DNA of 52,902 bases. Origin: an uncultured Candidatus Saccharibacteria bacterium. GTDB taxonomy: Bacteria > Patescibacteriota > Minisyncoccia > Phycocordibacterales > UBA2100. The stretch covers positions 1 through 52,902 of the forward strand of contig CAYPGH010000001.1 in assembly GCA_964410475.1 (NCBI GenBank), given 5' to 3'. The notes below the pieces were generated by a model. The model made no database searches. It saw nothing but the letters and a program-made list of their open reading frames with translations, and was not told where the DNA came from. Both the position numbers and the translations under genes were made by a program. This document shows, piece by piece, positions 46,741 through 52,902 of the stretch (within the stretch, counting starts at the first letter, position 1; each line of letters begins with the position of its first letter).

Positions 46741-46890
46741 TTCTTAACGGGGTGGTACCCCGTTAGAAACAGGAAGCGAAGCTTGCCGTCTGAAAATTAC
46801 GGAAGGTGAACGATGTACCTCTTTATATTCGAGCAAGAATCCTAATCGCGCAATAACTTCCGCAGCTTCTAATGGGGTGGTACAATCCCG
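46741..46890 (-). repeat. Long-stem element (LSE) copy E (diverged), flanked by half-sites
   Basis: Arms CCCCGTTAGAAAC (46758-46770) and GCTTCTAATGGGG (46865-46877), with 2 non-Watson-Crick positions. The second stem GGAAG/CTTCC is conserved. There is an extra palindrome AACGGGGT-GGT-ACCCCGTT at 46746-46764. Confidence 0.7.
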
Positions 46891-46896
46891 TGCATG

Positions 46897-47032
46897 CCCC
46901 ACACCAGTCATAGCGTAGCGAAGCATTGTTTACCCTATTATATTACTAGGAAACTACGATAATCACATGAGATACATCCACATTACACACCGTATGGCTT
47001 CACAAAACAATAACGCTATGACTGGTGTGGGG
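46897..47032. repeat. 19-bp perfect inverted repeat with a 98-nt spacer
   Basis: CCCCACACCAGTCATAGCG (46897-46915) is the exact reverse complement of CGCTATGACTGGTGTGGGG (47014-47032). The right arm ends 2 nt before the ATG at 47035. Confidence 0.9.
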
Positions 47033-47034
47033 GT

Positions 47035-49389
47035 ATGACGCTTGAGAAAGTCTTGCGATGGATCGCGTTGGGAGGGATTTTTGCTCTCCCATTCATCGTT
47101 TTTCTTGTTTCCACATCACTTTTTTTCCCTTTTATTACGGCGAAGAACTTCGCTTTTCGACTCATCATTGAGGTGATAACAGGTGCATGGTTGGCGCTCG
47201 CACTCGTTAATTCCACGTATCGTCCTCGAAGGCAATGGCTTTTAGGAACATTTGCTGTCTTTGTCATTATCATCGCACTTGCGGACGCCTTTGGCGCGAA
47301 TCCGTTCAAGAGTTTCTGGAGTAACTATGAGCGCATGGATGGATGGATAACGCTCGCACACCTCTTCCTTTACGTTGTTGTCTCGTCGGTGATGCTTTCG
47401 ACGGAAAAATTGTGGCGCGCATTCTTTAGAGTATCTCTTGCCGTTTCGGCAGTTGTTGGTGCGCATGCACTCCTCCAGCTCTTCGGTGTCGCAAGTTTGA
47501 ACCCGGGATTTTCTTCAGAAACTCGTCTTGACGCTACGTTTGGGAACCCAATATATCTCGCGTCTTACATGCTCTTTCACGTCTTCATTGCGGCGCTTCT
47601 CATGGCGCATTCAGGCAAAGAGAAGTGGGACAAGGTTGAACGATATGTTGTCGGAGGAATCTTTGCAGGAGCGGCTATTTTGGGACTTAGTGTCTTTGGC
47701 AAAACAGGTCTAACTTTTTATGCGTTTCTAATAATTCTAGGCACTATTGGAGGGTTCCTGCTTTATAAACGGAAGATGTATCTTCTTGCCTTCATTCTCA
47801 TACTCGACGCGGTCATCCTCTTTCTTACGGGGACACGGGGCACGATACTGGGCTTTACCGGTGGAGTCATACTTGCGGCATCTCTTTTTGCTCTGTTTGC
47901 ACGCGATTACTCAAAGCGTGCGCGTCAATCTGCCGCAGGAGTCGTTGTAATAATTCTCGTTCTTGCCGGAGGGTTGTATTTCGTGAGAGATCAGTCGTGG
48001 GTGCGAGATACACCCGTTCTCGGTCGCATAGTTACGATATCGATCACAGAGTCAACAGCGAAAGCGCGCATCATGAACTGGGGAGTGGCCTGGCAGGGAG
48101 TGAAAGAGAGACCTCTTTTGGGCTGGGGACAGGAGAATTTCGCGATTGTATTCAACAAGTACTACAACCCTCAGATGTATTCGCAGGAACAATGGTTTGA
48201 TCGAGTTCATAATATTATCTTCGATTGGCTTGTGGCGGGTGGAGCTCTTGGACTTCTTGCGTATCTGTCGCTTTTCGTGCTTTCTCTCTGGTATATCTGG
48301 CGACGAGGTGTAGGGGAAAGCGCTTTTACCGTTAGTGAAGGCAGTATTTTGACGGGCCTTCTAGCCGCCTACTTCTTTCATAATCTCTTTGTGTTCGACA
48401 ATGTCATGAGCTATTTCTTTTTCGCATCCGTGCTCGCATTTGTTTCGTTCCGCGCTGGAGAACATGCGAACAGACCTCGTCTCATTACGGCGTCGCTTTT
48501 CCCACTTCGTTCCCTGCCTTTTATTTCAGCGATCATTGCAGTTTCCGTGTTTGGGGTGGTGTGGTTTGCGAACACTAATCCGCTGGCATCGAACAAAGCG
48601 CTTTTGCAGGCGCTGGCTCCGCACTCGGAGGGTCTTCTTAAGAACCTCGATTACTTCGAGAAAGCGATTTCGTATAACACTCTGGGGAACCAGGAAGCTC
48701 GTGAACAGCTCGCGCAGGCCGCTATGCAAATTGCGCGCCGTGAAGAAGTTCCCATTGAAACGAAACAGAAATTTCTGGAAGCCGCGGCGCGAGAGCTTAC
48801 TCTTCAATCCGAAGCGTCTCCACTCGACCCGCGACCTCTGTTATTTCTCGGCGTTCTCTTGAATACCTACGGACTCTACACTGAAGCGGAGCCAATTCTG
48901 GCACGCGCGTACGCGCTCTCGCCCACCAAGCAGTCAATTATTCTCGAAGTTGCCGCGAATGCGATAGCGCGCGATGATATCGAAACAGCTTTGTCTTTCT
49001 ATAAAGAGGCATATGAGTTAGCGCCCAATTTTACAGACGCACATATACTTTACGCTACGGTCGCCATTCATGCGAAGCAGGACAAATTGGCCGAAGAACT
49101 TCTCACACCGCTTATTGCTGCGGGCGATGCAACCGATAAACGTATCGCTTCAGCATATGCTTCACGCGAGCGTTACGACAAAATCGTATCTATCTGGGAA
49201 GCTCATTTACAAAAGAATCCGGAGGATATTCAAGCGCGCTTCACGCTCGCCTCTGCATACTATGCGGCAGGGAACGCACAGCGTGCGATAGAACAGCTTG
49301 AGATCGCCGCGAGAGCAAATCCATCTTATAAGGAACAGGCTGAAACACTTATGCGCGATATCAGGTCAGGCGCTCTGCGCATCGAGTAA
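47035..49389 (+). CDS. O-antigen ligase/polymerase-like (Wzy_C) membrane protein with a C-terminal TPR domain
   Basis: 784 aa with more than 10 TM segments. Contains RPLLGWGQENF and VHNIIFDWLVAGGALGLL (O-antigen ligase-like loop). The C-terminal 250 aa or so is TPR-like (AYALSP, AYELAPNF, ARANPSY). Confidence 0.7.
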   Translation: MTLEKVLRWIALGGIFALPFIVFLVSTSLFFPFITAKNFAFRLIIEVITGAWLALALVNSTYRPRRQWLLGTFAVFVIIIALADAFGANPFKSFWSNYERMDGWITLAHLFLYVVVSSVMLSTEKLWRAFFRVSLAVSAVVGAHALLQLFGVASLNPGFSSETRLDATFGNPIYLASYMLFHVFIAALLMAHSGKEKWDKVERYVVGGIFAGAAILGLSVFGKTGLTFYAFLIILGTIGGFLLYKRKMYLLAFILILDAVILFLTGTRGTILGFTGGVILAASLFALFARDYSKRARQSAAGVVVIILVLAGGLYFVRDQSWVRDTPVLGRIVTISITESTAKARIMNWGVAWQGVKERPLLGWGQENFAIVFNKYYNPQMYSQEQWFDRVHNIIFDWLVAGGALGLLAYLSLFVLSLWYIWRRGVGESAFTVSEGSILTGLLAAYFFHNLFVFDNVMSYFFFASVLAFVSFRAGEHANRPRLITASLFPLRSLPFISAIIAVSVFGVVWFANTNPLASNKALLQALAPHSEGLLKNLDYFEKAISYNTLGNQEAREQLAQAAMQIARREEVPIETKQKFLEAAARELTLQSEASPLDPRPLLFLGVLLNTYGLYTEAEPILARAYALSPTKQSIILEVAANAIARDDIETALSFYKEAYELAPNFTDAHILYATVAIHAKQDKLAEELLTPLIAAGDATDKRIASAYASRERYDKIVSIWEAHLQKNPEDIQARFTLASAYYAAGNAQRAIEQLEIAARANPSYKEQAETLMRDIRSGALRIE

Positions 49390-49475
49390 ACCACAGCAAG
49401 CGCGTAACGTGTTGCCGTACTACTATTTGTATTGTGAGTACCACTAATCGTGTGGCTCTCGAAAGGAATGTCACC

Positions 49476-49510
49476 GAACACCGCCCTCCGGGCGGTGTTT
49501 CAGTTTGTTG
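49476..49510 (+). terminator. Candidate intrinsic terminator
   Basis: AACACCGCCC-TCC-GGGCGGTGTT is a 10-bp GC-rich stem, followed by TTCAGTTTGTT. It lies 87 nt after the stop at 49389. Confidence 0.55.
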
Positions 49511-49627
49511 GCGGCGTAGAACGAGAGTGCGTAGATATGCTCCGTGGGTGGATGACCTGACGTGCGGAGAAAAGAGGTATTGAGTAAAGAGAGAGTAAGA
49601 TATCGGAAATAGTAAACAAATTTCTAT

Positions 49628-50289
49628 TTCCCAAAGTCTAGCCGACCGGCTAGGATATGGGATAATAAGAAGACATGGGAAAGATCGAAGAAAAAGCAAA
49701 GCAAAAAACGAAGAAGAATGCACACGTACAAGATGCAATTCTTCTATACTTTCGCACCGTAGGAGCAATGGCGGCCGTTATACTTTCACCTAATCCGACC
49801 ATGTACAAACTCTTGCGTCAGATGGATCCTAATCCTTCAGGAAAGCGGAATGCCACGCATCGCATCAGAGAAGCTGCAAAACGCCTTGAGGCAGGTGGTC
49901 TCTTGAAGCGGGATCACAAAGGTCAATTTGTTCTCACCAGGAAAGGAGAACAGCGATCTGTCTTTTTAGAGAGCATGCAGAACATGCACATGATGAAACC
50001 GCACCATTGGGACGAGAAGTGGCGTATTGTTATTTTTGACGTGTGGGAGCGCAGGCGCGGGATACGTCAGCGACTGCGGGCGCTTCTTGAGAAGGCAGGG
50101 TTTGTGCGTCTGCAAGACAGCGTATGGGTGTATCCGTATCCATGCGAGGAATTTGTGGCATTTATACGCGCTGACCTACGGCTTGGCCCGGGCATGCTCT
50201 ATATCATTGCAGAAGAGATAGAACATGACCGGCATTTGAAGGAACATTTCGGCATCCCAATATCATGACGGTCGGCTAGACTTTGGGAA
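49628..50289. repeat. 21-bp perfect inverted repeats bracketing a single gene
   Basis: TTCCCAAAGTCTAGCCGACCG (49628-49648) is the exact reverse complement of CGGTCGGCTAGACTTTGGGAA (50269-50289). The right arm begins at the nucleotide after the TGA stop (50266-50268). Confidence 0.9.
49675..50268 (+). CDS. Winged-helix + Cas2-fold (PaaX-like C-terminal) domain protein
   Basis: The N-terminal part ends in a wHTH-like LLKRDHKGQFVLTRKGEQ. The C-terminal WRIVIFDVWERRRGIRQRLRALLEKAGFVRLQDSVWVYPYP follows the beta-alpha-beta pattern of Cas2/PaaX C-domains. Confidence 0.55.
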   Translation: MGKIEEKAKQKTKKNAHVQDAILLYFRTVGAMAAVILSPNPTMYKLLRQMDPNPSGKRNATHRIREAAKRLEAGGLLKRDHKGQFVLTRKGEQRSVFLESMQNMHMMKPHHWDEKWRIVIFDVWERRRGIRQRLRALLEKAGFVRLQDSVWVYPYPCEEFVAFIRADLRLGPGMLYIIAEEIEHDRHLKEHFGIPIS

Positions 50290-50609
50290 TCGTTTATTGT
50301 AGAGCGGGAGATTTTTCCGAAGCGAGGCAATGGGGATGAATGGCGCGTAGAATTTGAAGCGGCCTGTTTTATTCAAAGCGCAGAATTCACCGACAGCTTG
50401 GCCGTTAGTTTATTTTTTGATATCCCGCATCTCGTTTTTTTCTTTATTTTTTTTTGCATGCAATTTTGTCTTTTAGTTATCCACACATGCGCGCGTAAAA
50501 ACACTTATGCGCACATATGAATGCAATAATTAAAAAGTAAAACGCATCTTCGCATGTTTGTGCGCAAGTGCGGGTCGAGTTAATACAAAAAATATTTCTA
50601 TTTATATCT

Positions 50610-50669
50610 ATGGCAAAGAAACGAAAGACAGCAAAGAAGAAGAAGGCGACGAAAAAGAAGCGCCGCTAG
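50610..50669 (+). CDS. Candidate 19-aa polybasic micro-protein
   Basis: My translation is MAKKRKTAKKKKATKKKRR, then TAG, followed within 26 nt by a strong intrinsic terminator. No homology evidence; it is too short for the ORF track. Confidence 0.3.
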   Translation: MAKKRKTAKKKKATKKKRR

Positions 50670-50694
50670 CGCCTCTTCTCTCGAATGTTCGAGA

Positions 50695-50729
50695 AAACAC
50701 ATCGCTCTTGATGGGCGATGTGTTTTTTT
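50695..50729 (+). terminator. Intrinsic terminator
   Basis: ACACATCGC (50697-50705) pairs with GCGATGTGT (50715-50723) around a 9-nt loop, running into a T tract that ends at 50729. Confidence 0.75.
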
Positions 50730-51014
50730 ACCCCGTTATAAGCAGAACGCCCCGCGGCTTGCCGCGGAGATGAATGCTAGTCGGGCTTAGCGAACTCGGG
50801 GTTTAATCCATGCGCAGAATTCCCCGACAGCTTGGCTGCGGGGATGAATGCGCATGAGGAAAGGAGGGTCGGGGAAAACGTAGTTTTCCCCGTGGAGGAG
50901 AGCAGAGAGCCTGTAATCAGGCGAACGTTGAGAACCGAGTGGTTCTCAAAATAAAATACCGCGACAGCTTGGCTACGCGGTAGTTTATTGTTCCGCGTGA
51001 GCTTCTAACGGGGT
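50730..51014 (-). repeat. Long-stem element (LSE) copy G, with a large (257-nt) interior
   Basis: ACCCCGTTATAAGC (50730-50743) pairs with GCTTCTAACGGGGT (51001-51014), 14 bp with one mismatch. A 1-nt bulge plus GAAC/GTTC second stem echo the other copies. The interior holds two of the GACAGCTTGGC hairpins. Confidence 0.6.
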
Positions 51015-51120
51015 TTAGTCCCACACCTTTCGTTTTGTAGCTTCGGATTATCGCGATACGATAAGACGAAAGGTGGGGTATTTTATGATAGGATGCCCGA
51101 ACACTAACTCCGCGCTATCA

Positions 51121-51126
51121 TATAAT
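51121..51126 (+). promoter_or_regulatory. Candidate -10 box (TATAAT) upstream of secA
   Basis: TATAAT lies 65 nt upstream of the secA ATG, with a weak -35-like CGAACA 17 nt upstream of it. This is a motif match only. Confidence 0.3.
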
Positions 51127-51191
51127 GCATGTACTACTTTATGACACGCTTAACAATAAGTCTTCACCAAGCGCGAAGTTAGTGTGCTGGT

Positions 51192-52902
51192 ATGGCCTTC
51201 TGGAAACGGATTTTGGGAGATGAGAATACTGCGGCGCTTAAACGTGCCGAGTCTATTGTCGTGCCGACAAATACGCTGGAAGACGCTACGCAAGCACTCT
51301 CTGATGTCGAATTGAGGGCGAAGACAGATGAGTTCAAAGCTCGATTACAATCCGGAGAGACACTTAATGAGTTAGCGCCGGATGCATTCGCCGTTGTGCG
51401 CGAAGCGTCACGTCGGACGCTTGGCCAGCGCCATTTTGATGTCCAGCTCATTGGAGGGAAGATTCTTCACAATGGCGATATAGCCGAGATGCGGACAGGT
51501 GAAGGGAAGACGCTTGTCGCGACTCTTCCGGCATATTTGAACGCGCTCACAGGGAAAGGTGTCCATGTCGTAACGGTCAATGATTATCTCTCGCGGCGTG
51601 ATGCCGTTTGGATGGGGCAGATCCATCACGCGCTCGGACTCTCTGTCGGAGTATTGAATCACGAGGCCTCATATTTATACGATCCTGCGCATGTGTCCCC
51701 TGAGGTTCTTGCAGAAGAGGACGCGGAGCGCGATAAGACGGGAGGATTCCGTGTGCTACATGATTTTCTTCGTCCGTGCACGCGCACAGAAAGCTATGCG
51801 GCTGATATTACATACGGTACGAATAATGAGTTTGGTTTTGACTATCTGCGCGACAATTTGGAGTACGAACCTGAAAAGCTTCGTCAGCGTGGTTATCACT
51901 ATGCCATTGTGGATGAAATAGACTCTATTTTGATAGACGAAGCACGCACTCCTCTCATTATCTCTGCGCCTGTCGCCGAGGCCGAGAATCTCTACGAGCG
52001 TTTTGTTGCCATAGCTCGCTCTCTTGAACGTGACACGGATTATGAAGTTGACGAGAAACGGAAAGCCATCTCACTTTCAGATGCAGGTATTGAAAAGGCA
52101 CAGGCCGCTCTTGGTATCGAGAATATTTATACTGATGCCGGTATCAAGTACGTCCATCATCTGGAAACTGCGGTGCGCGCCAAAGCGCTCTTTCAGCGTG
52201 ACAAAGAGTACGTCGTAAAGAATGATGAGGTCATCATTGTGGACGAGTTTACCGGGCGTCTTCAGCCCGGGCGGCGCTGGAGCGACGGTCTTCATCAAGC
52301 CATAGAAGCGAAAGAGGGAGTGCGTATTCAGCAGGAATCTCGCACGTTTGCCTCCATCACGTTCCAAAATTATTTCCGTCTCTACGAGAAATTATCCGGC
52401 ATGACAGGGACCGCACTCACAAGTTCGGAAGAGTTTTATAAAGTATACGGCCTCAACACCGTTGCGGTGCCGACCAATAAACCGAGTAAGCGCACTGATC
52501 ACGAAGATTTTATACTCCAGACCGAGGAAGGGAAGATGAAAGCTATCGCGCGAGTAGTGAAGAAGCTCCATGAGAAAGGCCAGCCGGCGCTCATAGGCAC
52601 CGTCTCGGTAGAAAAGAATGAGCTTTTGTCGGCGCATTTTAAGCAGGAGGGAATTCCGCACGAAGTATTGAATGCCAAGAACCACGAACGAGAGGGAGAA
52701 ATAATCGCGCAAGCGGGGCGCAAGAGAGGTGTCACTATTGCGACCAACATGGCGGGACGTGGTGTTGATATCAAGCTCGGTGGCAATCCGGCGACCGATG
52801 AGGAGTATGAGGAGGTGAAGCAACTTGGAGGTCTCTTCGTGCTTGGCACCGAGCGGCACGAAGCGCGGCGCATCGACAATCAGCTACGCGGCCGTTCCGC
52901 TC
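51192..52902 (+). CDS. secA: Preprotein translocase ATPase SecA (N-terminal 570 aa; the 3' end lies outside the window)
   Basis: My translation from ATG 51192 is [18 protein letters not shown]...[61 protein letters not shown]...[18 protein letters not shown]. The frame is open to the window end, so it is not in the ORF track. Confidence 0.95.
   Translation, partial: MAFWKRILGDENTAALKRAESIVVPTNTLEDATQALSDVELRAKTDEFKARLQSGETLNELAPDAFAVVREASRRTLGQRHFDVQLIGGKILHNGDIAEMRTGEGKTLVATLPAYLNALTGKGVHVVTVNDYLSRRDAVWMGQIHHALGLSVGVLNHEASYLYDPAHVSPEVLAEEDAERDKTGGFRVLHDFLRPCTRTESYAADITYGTNNEFGFDYLRDNLEYEPEKLRQRGYHYAIVDEIDSILIDEARTPLIISAPVAEAENLYERFVAIARSLERDTDYEVDEKRKAISLSDAGIEKAQAALGIENIYTDAGIKYVHHLETAVRAKALFQRDKEYVVKNDEVIIVDEFTGRLQPGRRWSDGLHQAIEAKEGVRIQQESRTFASITFQNYFRLYEKLSGMTGTALTSSEEFYKVYGLNTVAVPTNKPSKRTDHEDFILQTEEGKMKAIARVVKKLHEKGQPALIGTVSVEKNELLSAHFKQEGIPHEVLNAKNHEREGEIIAQAGRKRGVTIATNMAGRGVDIKLGGNPATDEEYEEVKQLGGLFVLGTERHEARRIDNQLRGRSA

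Larger units (their letters stand above)
50326..50982 (+). repeat. Degenerate repeat family with GACAGCTTGGC hairpin loops
   Basis: GACAGCTTGGC occurs at 50392-50402, 50826-50836 and 50963-50973; the last two sit in loops of CCCCG/CGGGG and TACCGCG/CGCGGTA stems. Two 71-nt units (50332-50402 and 50766-50836) have the same layout: GGRGATGAATG, 35 nt, GCGCAGAATTC, NCC, GACAGCTTGGC. Confidence 0.7.

Noticed and set aside
46744-46926. A 60-aa minus-strand ORF ending ...PVSNGVPPR.
   Set aside because: It is a read-through of LSE copy E. The SNG tripeptide is just the CTAACGGG arm translated, as in PASNGMK upstream of the real starts at 9410, 10693 and 11553.
50477-50485. A perfect DnaA-box consensus, TTATCCACA, lies inside an AT-rich tract, raising the possibility of a replication origin.
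   Set aside because: There is only one consensus box. Nearby candidates (for example TTATGCGCA) carry mismatches, and no dnaA or dnaN is adjacent. A single 9-mer is plausible by chance in about 106 kb of two-strand sequence. Cumulative GC skew on the full contig would settle it.
50863-50885. GAGGAAAGGAGGGTCGGGG resembles the GAGGAAAGUCC block of RNase P RNA.
   Set aside because: The match breaks after GAGGAAAG. None of the other conserved RNase P blocks is visible within the surrounding 400 nt.

Overview
This 52.9-kb bacterial window uses the standard genetic code and has many 4-nt ATGA stop/start overlaps. It is probably from an uncultivated, CPR/Patescibacteria-like lineage, but that is only an inference from gene content. 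Almost the whole window is one very large cell-surface glycan locus. All calls come from reading the ORF-track translations and aligning by eye; no database search was possible.

Gene content:
- At least 9 glycosyltransferases.
- 8 SAM-dependent methyltransferases, including one sugar C-methyltransferase.
- A minus-strand dTDP-sugar operon (rfbA-like, rfbB, C-methyltransferase).
- A GtrA / polyprenyl-phosphate GT2 / GT-C module.
- asnB, a Wzx-type flippase and a KpsS/KpsC-family protein.
- GDP-sugar genes: gmd, a ColD-like 3-dehydratase, manC-like, an SDR and a cupin.
- A long plus-strand operon for a nonulosonic acid (pseudaminic/legionaminic-like) and diamino-sugar pathway: PseB-like, NeuB-family, cytidylyltransferase, three Lys-type DegT aminotransferases, GNAT, WbpG/PseA-like amidotransferase, amidase and formyltransferase.
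- The window ends with an O-antigen-ligase-like/TPR protein, a wHTH + Cas2-fold (PaaX-like) gene, a 0.9-kb repeat-rich non-coding stretch and the 5' part of secA.
- I saw no rRNA, tRNA or CRISPR array.

The most unusual signal is non-coding. At least seven long-stem elements (called LSE here) share conserved arms built on CCCGTTAGAG / CTCTAACGGG.
- Each has a roughly 14-bp stem, an asymmetric bulge, a second short stem, and a variable interior of about 80-260 nt.
- They sit exactly at gene boundaries and supply stop and start codons.
- Two copies are 130/131 identical.
- Two copies are tandem and form a 30-bp perfect palindrome.
- One copy lies on the opposite strand, in a plus-strand operon, and keeps the stem through a G-U pair.

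Two other perfect inverted repeats with unrelated sequences also abut gene boundaries: 19 bp just before the ligase-like gene, and 21 bp bracketing the Cas2-fold gene. There are also three gene stubs that look like recombination scars.
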